Positions 25,151 through 36,175 of a stretch of DNA of 64,000 nucleotides are shown here, in pieces. Position 1 is the stretch's first letter. Every line of letters starts with the position of its first letter. This DNA comes from Occultella glacieicola (GTDB lineage: Bacteria; Actinomycetota; Actinomycetes; Actinomycetales; Beutenbergiaceae): positions 1-64,000 of the forward strand of contig NZ_SMNA01000006.1 of NCBI RefSeq assembly GCF_004353825.1. The letters are read 5' to 3'. The notes under the pieces were generated by a model. It was given only the letters and a program-made list of their open reading frames with translations. It did no database searches and was not told the origin of the DNA. A program made the translations under genes and the position numbers.

Positions 25151-26209
25151 ATGATGACGATCTTCGAGGGCATCACCGCCGAGACGGTCCAGACTCCCCG
25201 CCTGCGCGCGAACGTGCTCCGCCGGCCCGCGACGGACGCCGTCCGGCGCACGGTGGTGTTCGTGCACGGCAACGTGTCCTCGTCGCTGTTCTGGCAGCCG
25301 CTGATGCTCGCACTGCCCTCCGACATCGACGCGTACGCGATCGATCTGCGCGGGTTCGGCGGCTCCGAGACACTGCCCGTCGACGCGACCCGCGGACTGC
25401 GGGACTTCAGCGACGACCTCCACAGCGTGGTCGAGGAACTCGGCCTCGGCGGCCCGGACCTCGACGTGGACCTGGTCGGGTGGAGCATGGGCGCCGGCGT
25501 CGTCATGCAGTACGCACTCGACCACCCGGCCCGCACCCTCACGCTGCAGGCACCGGTGTCGCCGTACGGGTTCGGCGGCACCCGCGGCACCGACGGCGAG
25601 CGCCTCACCCCCGACGACGCCGGTGTCGGTGCCGGCGGCGCGAACCCCGACTTCGTGGCCCGCCTCGAGACCGGGGACACCACCGAGGAGTCACCCACCT
25701 CGCCGCGGGCGGTGTACCGCTCGGCCTATGTGGCCGCCGGCTTCGTCTCCGAGCACGAGGATGTCTGGGTCGAGTCCATGCTCACCACGAGGACCGGCCC
25801 CGACAACTACCCCGGGGACTCCGTCGCCACCGAGCCCTGGCCCGGGTTCGCCGCCGGCACCCGCGGCGTGCTGAACACGATGGCCCCGCAGTACTTCGAC
25901 GTGTCCGGGATCGTGGACCTGCCGACGAAGCCGCCGATCCTGTGGGTGCACGGCAGCGTGGACGCCATCGTCGGGGACGCCTCCTACTTCGACATCAACC
26001 AGCTCGGTGCGGCCGGGGTGATCCCGGGCTGGCCCGGCGCCGACGTGGCCCCGCCGAGCCCGATGGTCGCCCAGACCCGGACGGTGCTGGACGCCTACGC
26101 CGCCGCGGGCGGCACCTACCATGAGGTGCTGTTCGAGGGGGCCGGGCACTCCCCGCACCTTGAGCGCCCGGCGGAGTTCCTCAACGCCCTGGCCCGGCAC
26201 CTCGCCTGA
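25151..26209 (+). CDS. Alpha/beta fold hydrolase
   Basis: Contains VFVHGN, DLRGFGGS, the GWSMG nucleophile elbow and GHSPHLE. Confidence 0.9.
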   Translation: MMTIFEGITAETVQTPRLRANVLRRPATDAVRRTVVFVHGNVSSSLFWQPLMLALPSDIDAYAIDLRGFGGSETLPVDATRGLRDFSDDLHSVVEELGLGGPDLDVDLVGWSMGAGVVMQYALDHPARTLTLQAPVSPYGFGGTRGTDGERLTPDDAGVGAGGANPDFVARLETGDTTEESPTSPRAVYRSAYVAAGFVSEHEDVWVESMLTTRTGPDNYPGDSVATEPWPGFAAGTRGVLNTMAPQYFDVSGIVDLPTKPPILWVHGSVDAIVGDASYFDINQLGAAGVIPGWPGADVAPPSPMVAQTRTVLDAYAAAGGTYHEVLFEGAGHSPHLERPAEFLNALARHLA

Positions 26210-26302
26210 TCACCGACCGCGCGCCGCCCCGGGGGGAACGGTCCCGGGCGGCGTAGCCTGACCGGTGCGGGCTGTGGGTAGGAGGCGGTTGAGGAGTCTG
26301 GC

Positions 26303-26464
26303 ATGGGGATCGACGACATCATCAGCAAGGCGAGGGCCGAGGCGAGCGACGAGGGCGTCGACGCCCTCTCGGGGCAGATCGCCGAGCAGATCAAGGACCA
26401 CACGCCCGAACAGATCGACGAGATCGTCGACCAGGCCGCGGCGAAGGCCAAGGAACTGGGCTGA
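26303..26464 (+). CDS. 53-aa small helical protein (MT0933/Rv0909-like), absent from the ORF track
   Basis: GAGGAG RBS, then MGIDDIISKARAEASDEGVDALSGQIAEQIKDHTPEQIDEIVDQAAAKAKELG and TGA, with strong GC3 bias. Confidence 0.75.
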   Translation: MGIDDIISKARAEASDEGVDALSGQIAEQIKDHTPEQIDEIVDQAAAKAKELG

Positions 26465-26551
26465 CCCGCACCGGGGCGAACAACACTGGGCGGACTCGCT
26501 ACGATCGAGGCGTCAGTTCCTCGACCCGACCAGCCCGCTGGGAGCCACAAC

Positions 26552-28561
26552 GTGCCCGAGAAGAACCTGCTCATCGATGGTGTCGAGCGCTCGGTCGAGG
26601 CCGGCACCACGGCGACCGACGTGTACGCCGAGCAGCGGACCGTCGTCGCCGTCCGGGTCGATGGCGAACTTCGGGACCTGACCGTCGCGCTCGACGGTGC
26701 CTCCGCCGTCGAGGCCGTGACCATCGACAGCCCCGACGGGCTGAGCATCCTGCGGCACTCCGCCGCGCACGTGCTCGCCCAGGCCGTGCAGCAGGTGGAC
26801 CCGGACGCCAAGCTCGGCATCGGCCCGCCGATCACCGACGGCTTCTACTACGACTTCGACGTCACCGAGCCGTTCACCCCCGACTCGTTGAAGGCCCTGG
26901 AGAAGGCCATGCAGCGGATCATCAAGGAGGGCCAGACCTTCCGCCGTCGGGTGGTCTCGGACGACCAGGCCCGCGCCGAGCTCGCCGACGAGCCCTACAA
27001 GCTGGAGCTGATCGGCCTGAAGGGCTCCGGCGCGGACGCCGCCGCCGCGGCGGAGGGTGCCGCAGCGGAGGTCGGGGCCGGCGAGCTCACCATCTACGAC
27101 AACCTGCGCCGGGACGGCTCGACCGCGTGGAAGGACCTCTGCCGTGGCCCGCACCTGCCCTCGACCCGGCTGATCGGCAACGGGTTCTCGCTGATGCGCA
27201 GCGCCGCCGCGTACTGGCGGGGCAGCGAGAAGAACCCGCAGCTGCAGCGCATCTACGGGACGGCCTGGCCCACGAAGGATGAACTGGTCGCCTACAAGGA
27301 GCGGCTCGCCGAGGCCGAGCGGCGCGACCACCGCAAGCTCGGCTCGGAGCTGGACCTGTTCTCCTTCCCCGAGGAGGTCGGCTCCGGGCTCCCGGTGTTC
27401 CACCCCAAGGGTGCGATGATCCGGATGGAGATGGAGGACTACTCCCGCCGCCGGCACGTCGAGGCCGGGTACTCCTTCGTGAACACCCCGCACATCACCA
27501 AGGCCAAGCTGTTCGAGACCTCGAGGCACCTGGACTGGTACGCCGAGGGCATGTACCCCCCGATGCACCTGGACGAGATCCGGGACGGCGAGGGCGCGAT
27601 CACCAGGGCCGGCCAGGACTACTACCTCAAGCCGATGAACTGCCCGATGCACAACCTGATCTACCAGGCCCGCGGCCGCTCCTACCGCGACCTGCCGATG
27701 CGCCTGTTCGAGTTCGGGCACGTGTACCGCTACGAGAAGTCCGGGGTGGTGCACGGGCTCACCCGGGCCCGCGGGTTCACCCAGGACGACGCGCACATCT
27801 ACACCACCCGTGAACAGATGCGCGACGAGCTCGCCTCGCTGCTGAGCTTCGTGCTCGACCTGCTCAAGGACTACGGGCTCGACGACTTCTACCTGGAACT
27901 GTCCACCCGCGATCCGGAGAAGTCCGTCGGGGACGAGGCCACCTGGGAGGAGGCCACCCGGGTCCTGGAGGAGGTCGCCACCTCCTCCGGCCTGGACCTG
28001 GTGCCCGACCCGGGCGGCGCCGCGTTCTACGGGCCGAAGATCTCCGTGCAGGCCAAGGATGCGATCGGGCGGACCTGGCAGCTGTCCACGATCCAGCTCG
28101 ACTTCTTCGAGCCGGAGCTGTTCGAGCTCGAGTACACCGCACCCGACGGCAGCCGGCAGCGCCCGGTGATGATCCACCGCGCCCTGTTCGGCTCCATCGA
28201 GCGGTTCTTCGGGGTGCTCCTGGAGCACTACGCCGGCGCGTTCCCCCCGTGGCTGGCCCCCGTGCAGGTGGTCGCGGTCCCCGTGGCGGAACCATTCAAC
28301 GACTACCTGGCCGACGTCGTCGCCCAGCTCCGCGCGGCCGGTGTGCGCGCCGAGGTGGACACCTCGGACGACCGGTTCAACAAGAAGATCCGCACCGCCA
28401 CCAAGGAGAAGGTGCCGTTCGTGCTGATCGCGGGCGGTGAGGACGCCGAGGCCGGCGCCGTCTCGTTCCGGTACCGGGACGGCACCCAGCGGAACGCGGT
28501 GCCGATCGCGGAGGCGATCACCCTGATCACGGACGCGATCCGGCAGCGGGTCCAGGTCTGA
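26552..28561 (+). CDS. thrS: Threonyl-tRNA synthetase
   Basis: Contains [43 protein letters not shown] and [11 protein letters not shown]. Confidence 0.98.
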   Translation: MPEKNLLIDGVERSVEAGTTATDVYAEQRTVVAVRVDGELRDLTVALDGASAVEAVTIDSPDGLSILRHSAAHVLAQAVQQVDPDAKLGIGPPITDGFYYDFDVTEPFTPDSLKALEKAMQRIIKEGQTFRRRVVSDDQARAELADEPYKLELIGLKGSGADAAAAAEGAAAEVGAGELTIYDNLRRDGSTAWKDLCRGPHLPSTRLIGNGFSLMRSAAAYWRGSEKNPQLQRIYGTAWPTKDELVAYKERLAEAERRDHRKLGSELDLFSFPEEVGSGLPVFHPKGAMIRMEMEDYSRRRHVEAGYSFVNTPHITKAKLFETSRHLDWYAEGMYPPMHLDEIRDGEGAITRAGQDYYLKPMNCPMHNLIYQARGRSYRDLPMRLFEFGHVYRYEKSGVVHGLTRARGFTQDDAHIYTTREQMRDELASLLSFVLDLLKDYGLDDFYLELSTRDPEKSVGDEATWEEATRVLEEVATSSGLDLVPDPGGAAFYGPKISVQAKDAIGRTWQLSTIQLDFFEPELFELEYTAPDGSRQRPVMIHRALFGSIERFFGVLLEHYAGAFPPWLAPVQVVAVPVAEPFNDYLADVVAQLRAAGVRAEVDTSDDRFNKKIRTATKEKVPFVLIAGGEDAEAGAVSFRYRDGTQRNAVPIAEAITLITDAIRQRVQV

Positions 28562-28562
28562 C

Positions 28563-29123
28563 GTGGCGCTCGACGTCGAGGACGCCGGCGCCCACCCGGG
28601 TCCGGCGGACGGTTACCAGCGGCTGTGGACCCCGCACCGGATGGCCTACATCGGTGGTGAGTCCAAGCCGGTGTCCGACGAGGCCGGGGACTGCCCCTTC
28701 TGCACGGCACCCGGCCGCTCCGACGACGACGCCCTGATCGTGCACCGGGGCGTCACCGGGTACGTGCTGCTCAACCTGTACCCGTACAACTCCGGGCACC
28801 TGCTCGTCTGCCCGTACCGGCACGTCGCCGACCTGGTGGACCTCACCGTGGCCGAGCGGCACGAACTCGACGATCTGGTGGTCGGATCGATCCGCGCGCT
28901 CACCGCCGCCAAGCACCCGGACGGCTTCAACCTCGGCATGAACCAGGGCGTCGCCGCCGGCGCGGGCGTGGCCGCGCATGCGCACCGGCACGTGGTGCCC
29001 CGGTGGTCCGGGGACGCCAACTTCCTGCCGATCGTCGGCCGCACGAAGGCGCTGCCCGAGCTGCTCGGGGACACCCGGGCCGAGCTCGCCGCCGCCTGGG
29101 GGAGCACCGATGGTTCTCGGTAG
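28563..29123 (+). CDS. HIT domain protein (Ap4A phosphorylase-like)
   Basis: Contains LWTPHRMAYI, CPFC, NLYPYNSGH and HAHRHVVPRW, in the conserved position after thrS. Confidence 0.92.
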   Translation: MALDVEDAGAHPGPADGYQRLWTPHRMAYIGGESKPVSDEAGDCPFCTAPGRSDDDALIVHRGVTGYVLLNLYPYNSGHLLVCPYRHVADLVDLTVAERHELDDLVVGSIRALTAAKHPDGFNLGMNQGVAAGAGVAAHAHRHVVPRWSGDANFLPIVGRTKALPELLGDTRAELAAAWGSTDGSR

Positions 29124-29826
29124 CCGGGGCCGCGGCTTCACGTCGGCGGTCCTCGGGCCGGTGGCCCGGCTGCTCGTGCGCCTGGGCGTCAGCCCGGACG
29201 CGGTGACGGTCGCCGGCACCGTGGCGGTCTCCGTGGTCGCCCTGGCCCTGTTCCCGCAGGGCCACCTGGTGGTCGGAGCCCTGGTGGTCGGGGTGATCGT
29301 GCTGACGGACTCCATCGACGGGCTGATGGCCCGGCAGGTCGGGCGGACCAGCCAGTTCGGTGCGTTCCTCGACTCGACGATGGACCGGATCTCGGACTCG
29401 GCGATCTTCGCCGGCCTGGTCCTGTACTTCGTGAACGGCATGAACGGAATGGACGACGGGTGGCGGATGCCCGGCATCGTGGCGGCGCTGGCCTGCCTGG
29501 TCCTCGGCGGCCTCGTCTCCTACGCCCGTGCCCGCGCGGAGGGCCTCGACTTCACCGCGAAGGTCGGGATCGCCGAGCGCGCCGACCGGCTCATCCTCGC
29601 GCTCGTGGCGACCCTCGCCGTCGGGCTCGGTGCTCCGGCCGCGGTGCTCGTGATCGCCCTCTGCCTGCTCGCCCTGGCCAGCCTCTACACGGTGGGCCAG
29701 CGCGCCGCCACCGTGTACCGGCAGGCCACCGCGCGGGACCTCGCCGAAGCGGCCGCGCGGGACCGCGCCTCCCACGACCCTGCACCCCACGACCCTGCCT
29801 CCCACGACGCGGAGGGACGCGAGTGA
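29110..29826 (+). CDS. pgsA: Phosphatidylinositol phosphate synthase (CDP-alcohol phosphatidyltransferase)
   Basis: Contains DSIDGLMAR...GAFLDSTMDRISD, SYARARAE and ERADR, in pgsA-acyltransferase-pimA synteny. Confidence 0.93.
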   Translation: MVLGSRGRGFTSAVLGPVARLLVRLGVSPDAVTVAGTVAVSVVALALFPQGHLVVGALVVGVIVLTDSIDGLMARQVGRTSQFGAFLDSTMDRISDSAIFAGLVLYFVNGMNGMDDGWRMPGIVAALACLVLGGLVSYARARAEGLDFTAKVGIAERADRLILALVATLAVGLGAPAAVLVIALCLLALASLYTVGQRAATVYRQATARDLAEAAARDRASHDPAPHDPASHDAEGRE

Positions 29827-30803
29827 GGCGCCCCGACCCGGCCAAGGCGTTCCAGCTCGCATGGAGGGTCGTCGGACGGATGCCCCGGTCCCTGGCCCGC
29901 GGCATCTTCGACGTGATCGCGCTGGTCGCGCACACGGCCCGGATCGGCGGGGTCCGCCAGCTCGAGTCGAACCTGGCCCGGGTCCGACCCGAGGCCGACG
30001 CCCGGGAACTGCGCCGCCTGTCCCGGGCCGGGATGCGTTCCTACATGCGGTACTACTGCGAGTCGTTCCAGCTCCCGTCGATGTCCGAGACGGAGCGGGA
30101 CGCCCGGGTCCGGGCCATCGGTGCGGAGAGGGTCCGGGACCACGTGCTCGCCGGCGGCTCCGTGGTGATGGCCCTGGGCCACGCGGGCAACTGGGACCTC
30201 GCCGGCGCGTGGGCCCAGCAGCACGTCGGCCGGGTGGTCACCGTCGCCGAGAAGCTCGAACCGGAGGAGCTCTTCCGGGAGTTCCTCGCGTTCCGGGAGG
30301 GTCTCGGGATGGTGATCGTGCCCTACGAGCGTGGCTCCGGGGTGTTCCGGCGGCTGATCTCGGAGGCTCGCGACCCGGCGATCATCCCGTTGCTGGCGGA
30401 CCGGGACCTGTCCCGGTCCGGGGTGGAGGTGCTCCTGGGCGACGTGCCGATCCGGGTGGCGCCGGGACCGGCGGCCCTGGCGATCGCCTCGAGATCGGCG
30501 CTGAGCCCCGTGTTCATCCACTACGAGCGCCTCCGGGGTGAGCGCCGCAGGAAGGCACGCAGCCCGTGGGGCATCGTCATCGAGTTCTGTGAGTTCGTCG
30601 AGACCTCCGACGGCCCAGCGCCGGTCGGCTCCGGTGGTGCGGCGCGTGAGCAACGCACCCAGGCACTCACGCAGCGGTGGTTCGACGTGTGGGCGGCGCG
30701 GGTTCGGGAGCACCCCGAGGACTGGCACATGCTCCAGAAGGTGTTCACGGCGGACCTGGACCCGGAGCGGCTCGCCCGCGCGGCCGCGGAGCCGGCGTCA
30801 TGA
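29823..30803 (+). CDS. Phosphatidylinositol mannoside acyltransferase
   Basis: Contains SYMRYYCE, HAGNWDLAG, LLADRDL and HPEDWHMLQ. Confidence 0.92.
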   Translation: MRRPDPAKAFQLAWRVVGRMPRSLARGIFDVIALVAHTARIGGVRQLESNLARVRPEADARELRRLSRAGMRSYMRYYCESFQLPSMSETERDARVRAIGAERVRDHVLAGGSVVMALGHAGNWDLAGAWAQQHVGRVVTVAEKLEPEELFREFLAFREGLGMVIVPYERGSGVFRRLISEARDPAIIPLLADRDLSRSGVEVLLGDVPIRVAPGPAALAIASRSALSPVFIHYERLRGERRRKARSPWGIVIEFCEFVETSDGPAPVGSGGAAREQRTQALTQRWFDVWAARVREHPEDWHMLQKVFTADLDPERLARAAAEPAS

Positions 30804-31963
30804 GGATCGGCCTGGTCTGCCCGTACTCCTTCGACGCCCCCGGGGGCGTGCAGTTCCACATCCGGGACCTGGCCGAGAAGTTCCTCGACCTCGGCCACGA
30901 GGTGTCCGTGCTCGCGCCCGCGGACGAGGACACCCCGGTCCCGGACTACCTGGTCTCGGTCGGCGGGGCGCTGCCGGTGCGGTACAACGGCTCGGTGGCG
31001 CGGCTCTCGTTCGGCCCGGTGGTCGCGGCGAAGACGCGTTCCTGGCTGTCCGCCGGGGATTTCGACGTGGTGCACATCCACGAGCCCCTCGCGCCGTCGG
31101 TCGGCCTGATCGCCCTCATGCAGTCCGACGCGCCGGTGGTCGCGACGTTCCACAGCGCCCAGCTCCGGTCCCGGGCCATGCAGCTCGGCTACCCGCTGGT
31201 GCGGCCCGGGCTGGAGCGGATCAGCGCCCGGATCGCGGTGTCCGAGGATGCCCGGCGCACCATCGTCGAACACATGGGTGGGGACGCCGTCGTCATCCCG
31301 AACGGTGTGTACACGAAGGTGTTCGCCGACGCCGAACCCGAGCCGCGGTGGCGGGGCACGCCGCAGGCACCCACGATCTCCTTCCTCGGGCGCCTGGACG
31401 AGCCCCGGAAGGGTCTGGCGGTCCTGGCCGCTGCGGCCCCGCAGATCCTGGCCGCCCACCCGGGTGCCCGGTTCCTGATCGCCGGCAAGGGCGACATGTC
31501 CGAGGCCCGTGGGCTGCTGGGGGACCGGGCCGGTGCGCTCGAGGAGCTCGGCCCGATCACCGACGAGGAGAAGGCCGCCATGCTGGCGTCGGCGGACCTG
31601 TACGTGGCGCCGCAGCTCGGCGGGGAGAGCTTCGGCATCGTGCTCGTCGAGGCGATGAGCGCCGGCGCCGGTGTGGTCGCCAGCGACCTGCCCGCGTTCC
31701 GCCGGGTCCTGGACGATGGCGGCTCCGGGTTCCTGTTCACCACCGGTGACCCGGAGTCCCTGGCGACCACGATCCTCGGTGCCCTGGCCGACCCGGCCGA
31801 GACCCAGCGACGGCGCGCCTACGCACGCACCGCCGTCGAGCGGTTCGACTGGGACCGCGTCGCCGCGCGGATCCTGGACGTCTACGCGATGGTGACCGAG
31901 CACGAGACGGCCGAGCCCCGCTCGCTGCTCGGGCGGCTGTTCGGGCGCGGTGACGGGCGATGA
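30800..31963 (+). CDS. pimA: Phosphatidylinositol alpha-mannosyltransferase (GT4)
   Basis: Contains MRIGLVCPYSFDAPGGVQ, YNGSVARL, HIHEP, EPRKG and GESFGIVLVEAM. Confidence 0.93.
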   Translation: MRIGLVCPYSFDAPGGVQFHIRDLAEKFLDLGHEVSVLAPADEDTPVPDYLVSVGGALPVRYNGSVARLSFGPVVAAKTRSWLSAGDFDVVHIHEPLAPSVGLIALMQSDAPVVATFHSAQLRSRAMQLGYPLVRPGLERISARIAVSEDARRTIVEHMGGDAVVIPNGVYTKVFADAEPEPRWRGTPQAPTISFLGRLDEPRKGLAVLAAAAPQILAAHPGARFLIAGKGDMSEARGLLGDRAGALEELGPITDEEKAAMLASADLYVAPQLGGESFGIVLVEAMSAGAGVVASDLPAFRRVLDDGGSGFLFTTGDPESLATTILGALADPAETQRRRAYARTAVERFDWDRVAARILDVYAMVTEHETAEPRSLLGRLFGRGDGR

Positions 31964-31970
31964 GTGACCG

Positions 31971-32561
31971 ATGAGTGCGGCAGAGATCACGCTCGTCGTC
32001 CTCGCTGTGCTGGCGTTGGCCGGCTTCGGGCTGTGGCGGATCGCGCAGCGACTGGACCGGCTGCACCAGCGCGAGCTGTCCTCCCGGGCCACCCTCGACG
32101 CCCAACTGGTCCGGCGCGCGGAGGTGGCCGCCGCCCTCGCCGAGTCCGGCACCCTGGACCTGGCCAGCGCGCTGATCGTCGGCGACGCCGCCTGGCGGGC
32201 CGCCGTCGAGGCCCGCCGGCTCGTCGGCGACGACACCGGCGACCCGGCCAGCACCGATGACACCCGCGGCCGGGCCGAGAGCGAACTGACCCAGGCCCTG
32301 CGCGCGGCCCTCGGCGACACCGCCGACCAGGCCAAGATCGCCGCCGAACCCGAGGGCGCCGACCTGCTGGAGCGCCTCGCCCAGGCGAACTACCGGGTGC
32401 AGCTCGCCCGCAGGTTCCACAACGATGCGGTGGTCCAGATCATCCAGATCCGCGGCACCGCGCTGGTCCGCACGTTCTATCTGGCCGGCCGGGCGAGGCT
32501 GCCGCAGACCTTCGAGATGGACGACGACCTCACCGTCCGTTCCGAGGGTGCCAGGCCCTAA
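31971..32561 (+). CDS. LemA-like membrane-anchored protein
   Basis: N-terminal TM helix plus RLDRLH, LDAQLVRR and ARRFHNDAV, in the conserved position after pimA. Confidence 0.8.
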   Translation: MSAAEITLVVLAVLALAGFGLWRIAQRLDRLHQRELSSRATLDAQLVRRAEVAAALAESGTLDLASALIVGDAAWRAAVEARRLVGDDTGDPASTDDTRGRAESELTQALRAALGDTADQAKIAAEPEGADLLERLAQANYRVQLARRFHNDAVVQIIQIRGTALVRTFYLAGRARLPQTFEMDDDLTVRSEGARP

Positions 32562-32571
32562 GGTTGGGGCC

Positions 32572-33894
32572 ATGTCGAACCAGTACGGGTACCCGAACCC
32601 CGGCGGGTCCGGTCCTGGCGGGTACGGTTCCGGTCAAAGCCCCCAGCGGGCCCAGCAGCCGCAGCGACAGGCCTACCCGACGGCGTACCGCCCGGGCGGC
32701 TTCGCGCCGTCGCCCGCGGACTGGGGCACCATGAACGCCGCCACCGCCCCGCCGCCGAACACGACGGGCCCGATCGAGCAGGTCTGGGCTCCCGGGCAGC
32801 GACGCAGCAACCGGCACCTGTTCAACGTGATCGGCTACACGCTCGGCGGCGTGACGTTGATCATCGCGCTCGTCATCATCATGTACCAGACCGGGGTCGG
32901 GGAAGCCACCGCGGCGTTCTTCCTGGCGCTGCTCCCGCTCGCCATCGTGCTGTTGGGCGTCCGCTGGCTGGACCGCTGGGAGCCGGAGCCGAAGGGGATG
33001 CTGTTCCTGGCGCTGCTCTGGGGTGCCGGGGTGTCGGTGCTGAGCGCGCTGCTGGTGAACACCGCGGTCATCCAGTGGATCTACCAGCAGACCCTCGACG
33101 CCCAGGGCGCGAACACACTCGGCGCCGTCGTGGTCGCCCCGGTGGTCGAGGAGACCGTGAAGGGCCTCGGCGTGTTGTTGATCTTCCTGTTCCGGCGCCA
33201 GCACTTCGACGGACCCGTCGACGGCGTCGTGTACGCAGCGACGGTCGCGGCCGGGTTCGCGTTCACCGAGAACATCCTGTACTTCTCCCAGAACGCGGAC
33301 ATGGTCTGGACCGTGTTCGTGCTGAGGGGCATCTTCTCCCCGTTCGCGCACGCCCTGTTCACCTCCTGCGTGGGGATCGCATTGGGCATGGCGGCCCGGT
33401 CCAGCCGGACCGGTGCCGTGGTGTTCGCGTTCCCGGTGGGCCTTGTCGGCGCGATGGGGTTGCACGCGCTCTGGAACGGCAGCGCCAGCCTCGGCAACAA
33501 CTTCGTGCTCCTCTACCTGGTGATCCAGGTGCCGCTGTTCATCGCCACCGTGGTGCTGCTCGCCTGGTTGCGACGGCAGGAGGCGGACGTGATCCGGGCC
33601 CGACTCGGCGAGTACGCCCAGGCGGGCTGGTTCGCTCCGCACGAGGTGGAGATGCTCTCCTCGCTACGGATGCGCGGCCAGGCCCGCGGCTGGGCGGACG
33701 GGTACGGCGAACGAGCGAAGGACGCGATGCGCTCGTTCCAGCGGGACGCGACCTCGCTGGCCTATCTGCGTCAGCGGGTCCTGACCGGGCGCGCGGACCT
33801 GCGCGCCTCGCAGAGCGAGCACGAGCTGCTGAACATGGTGCAGCGCGACCGGCACGTGTTCACCACGAACGCCCGCGGGATCGCCCCGATCTGA
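32572..33894 (+). CDS. PrsW family intramembrane metalloprotease
   Basis: Contains LDRWEPEP, APVVEETVKG, DGVVYA, GFAFTENILY, PFAHALFT and LHALWN. TAAGGT lies 7 nt before the ATG. Confidence 0.92.
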   Translation: MSNQYGYPNPGGSGPGGYGSGQSPQRAQQPQRQAYPTAYRPGGFAPSPADWGTMNAATAPPPNTTGPIEQVWAPGQRRSNRHLFNVIGYTLGGVTLIIALVIIMYQTGVGEATAAFFLALLPLAIVLLGVRWLDRWEPEPKGMLFLALLWGAGVSVLSALLVNTAVIQWIYQQTLDAQGANTLGAVVVAPVVEETVKGLGVLLIFLFRRQHFDGPVDGVVYAATVAAGFAFTENILYFSQNADMVWTVFVLRGIFSPFAHALFTSCVGIALGMAARSSRTGAVVFAFPVGLVGAMGLHALWNGSASLGNNFVLLYLVIQVPLFIATVVLLAWLRRQEADVIRARLGEYAQAGWFAPHEVEMLSSLRMRGQARGWADGYGERAKDAMRSFQRDATSLAYLRQRVLTGRADLRASQSEHELLNMVQRDRHVFTTNARGIAPI

Positions 33895-33992
33895 GGCCCG
33901 GCCGACGCACGCGGGAGTGCATGGGGAAGGGCCGCCGTCGGGACTAAACTGGTGGCTCACATCCCCCTGCCCCACACCGATCCGAGGTCACA

Positions 33993-34958
33993 GTGTCCGA
34001 GCAGTCCCAGTCCGAGCCGATTCCGTCCACTGTGCCCGACCTTCCGGACCGGCCGGACCAGCCCCGTGGAGCGGCCCCCGAGGTCGGCACCGCACGTGTG
34101 AAGCGCGGGATGGCGGAGATGCTCAAGGGCGGCGTCATCATGGACGTGGTGACCGCCGACCAGGCGAAGATCGCCGAGGACGCCGGCGCCGTGGCCGTGA
34201 TGGCCCTCGAGCGGGTCCCCGCGGACATCCGCGCCCAGGGCGGGGTCTCCCGGATGAGCGACCCGGACATGATCGACTCGATCATCGAGACGGTATCGAT
34301 CCCGGTGATGGCCAAGGCGCGGATCGGCCACTTCGTCGAGGCGCAGGTGCTGCAGAGCCTCGGGGTGGACTACATCGACGAGTCCGAGGTGCTCACCCCG
34401 GCCGACTACTCCCACCACATCGACAAGTGGCAGTTCACCGTGCCGTTCGTGTGCGGCGCCACCAACCTCGGCGAGGCGCTGCGCCGGATCACCGAGGGTG
34501 CGGCGATGATCCGCTCCAAGGGCGAGGCCGGCACCGGTGACGTGTCCAACGCGACCACCCACATGCGCACCATCCGCGACGAGATCCGCCGCCTCACGTC
34601 GCTGCCGGAGGACGAGTTGTACCTCGCGGCCAAGGAACTCCAGGCGCCGTACGACCTGGTCAAGGAGGTCGCCGAGAACGGCAAGCTGCCGGTCGTGGTG
34701 TTCACCGCCGGTGGCATCGCCACCCCCGCGGACGCCGCGATGATGATGCAGCTCGGCGCCGAGGGCGTGTTCGTCGGATCCGGGATCTTCAAGTCCGGCA
34801 ACCCCGAGCAGCGGGCCCAAGCGATCGTCAAGGCCACCACGTTCTACGACGACCCGGACGTGATCGCGAAGGTCTCCCGCGGCCTCGGCGAGGCGATGGT
34901 CGGCATCAACGTCGACGACATCCCGGTGCCGCACCGCCTCGCCGAGCGCGGTTGGTGA
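33993..34958 (+). CDS. pdxS: Pyridoxal 5'-phosphate synthase lyase subunit
   Basis: Contains [28 protein letters not shown] and [10 protein letters not shown]. Confidence 0.98.
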   Translation: MSEQSQSEPIPSTVPDLPDRPDQPRGAAPEVGTARVKRGMAEMLKGGVIMDVVTADQAKIAEDAGAVAVMALERVPADIRAQGGVSRMSDPDMIDSIIETVSIPVMAKARIGHFVEAQVLQSLGVDYIDESEVLTPADYSHHIDKWQFTVPFVCGATNLGEALRRITEGAAMIRSKGEAGTGDVSNATTHMRTIRDEIRRLTSLPEDELYLAAKELQAPYDLVKEVAENGKLPVVVFTAGGIATPADAAMMMQLGAEGVFVGSGIFKSGNPEQRAQAIVKATTFYDDPDVIAKVSRGLGEAMVGINVDDIPVPHRLAERGW

Positions 34959-35485
34959 CCGATCTCGGCCCGGAGTGGCACATCGGCCCGGACGGGCGGT
35001 ACTTCCGGCGGGCGGCCCGCGTCCTATTGTTCGACGACGCGAACCGGCTCCTGCTCGTGCGCGGTCACGACGTCGACCAGCCCGAGCGGACCTGGTGGTT
35101 CACCGTCGGCGGCGGGATCGACGCAGGGGAGAGCGCCCGGGACGCGGCCGTGCGGGAGCTGGTCGAGGAGACCGGGCTGAGCCTGCGCCCGGACGCCCTG
35201 ATCGGGCCCGTGCTGACCCGGTCGGCGATCTTCGACTTCTTCGCCCGTGACGTCCGTCAGGACGAGGAGTTCTTCATGGCCCGCATCGACGCCCCGGGCG
35301 AGCTGAGCGCGGCGGGCTGGACGCAGGTCGAACAGGACTTCATGGACGAGATGAGGTGGTGGGACCTGGATGCCCTCGAGTCGGTGACCGTGGAGATCTT
35401 CCCCGCCCAGTTGGTCGAGATCACCCGCGAGCTCCTCGAGGGCTGGGACGGGACCGTCCGGCATCTCGGCGAGGTCTCCGAGTGA
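34955..35485 (+). CDS. NUDIX hydrolase
   Basis: Nudix box [22 protein letters not shown]. Confidence 0.92.
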   Translation: MTDLGPEWHIGPDGRYFRRAARVLLFDDANRLLLVRGHDVDQPERTWWFTVGGGIDAGESARDAAVRELVEETGLSLRPDALIGPVLTRSAIFDFFARDVRQDEEFFMARIDAPGELSAAGWTQVEQDFMDEMRWWDLDALESVTVEIFPAQLVEITRELLEGWDGTVRHLGEVSE

Positions 35486-35492
35486 GGTCCGG

Positions 35493-36131
35493 ATGAGCCG
35501 ACCCCTGATCGGCGTGCTGGCCCTGCAGGGGGACGTCCGCGAACACACCCATGCGTTGCAGGCCTGCGGCGTCGACGTGGTGCCGGTGCGTCGCCGCAGC
35601 GAGCTCGCCGCCGTCGACGGGCTCGTGATCCCCGGCGGGGAGTCGACCACGATGGACCGGCTGCTCAAGGTCTTCGAGCTGTACCAGCCGCTGCGTGAGC
35701 GGATCGCCGACGGTCTGCCCGTGTACGGCTCCTGCGCCGGGATGATCCTGCTCGCGGACCGGATCCTCGACGGCGTCGGCGGGCAGGCCACCGTCGGCGG
35801 GCTCGACGTCACGGTGCGCCGGAACGCGTTCGGGCGGCAGGTGGACTCCTTCGAGGAGGACCTGGACGCTCCGCTGCTCGGCGCCGGTCCCATGGACGAG
35901 CCGCTGCACGCCGTCTTCATCCGGGCACCGTGGGTCGAGGCGGTCGGCGCGGGCGTGGAGGTCCTGGCCACGGTGAGGTCCGGGCCGGCGGCAGGTAGGA
36001 TCGTCGCCGTACGCCAGGGGGTGCTGATGGCAACGGCCTTCCACCCGGAGATCGGTTCGGACCATCGCGTCCATCGGGCCTTCATCGACCTGGTCCGCGC
36101 GCACCGCCGGCGCGAGCACACCCGCCGGTAG
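35493..36131 (+). CDS. pdxT: Pyridoxal 5'-phosphate synthase glutaminase subunit
   Basis: Contains [35 protein letters not shown] and FHPE. Confidence 0.97.
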   Translation: MSRPLIGVLALQGDVREHTHALQACGVDVVPVRRRSELAAVDGLVIPGGESTTMDRLLKVFELYQPLRERIADGLPVYGSCAGMILLADRILDGVGGQATVGGLDVTVRRNAFGRQVDSFEEDLDAPLLGAGPMDEPLHAVFIRAPWVEAVGAGVEVLATVRSGPAAGRIVAVRQGVLMATAFHPEIGSDHRVHRAFIDLVRAHRRREHTRR

Positions 36132-36175
36132 GCGCGGATCACCAGCAGCACGGGTAATGAGAAGAGGGTAGGGAC

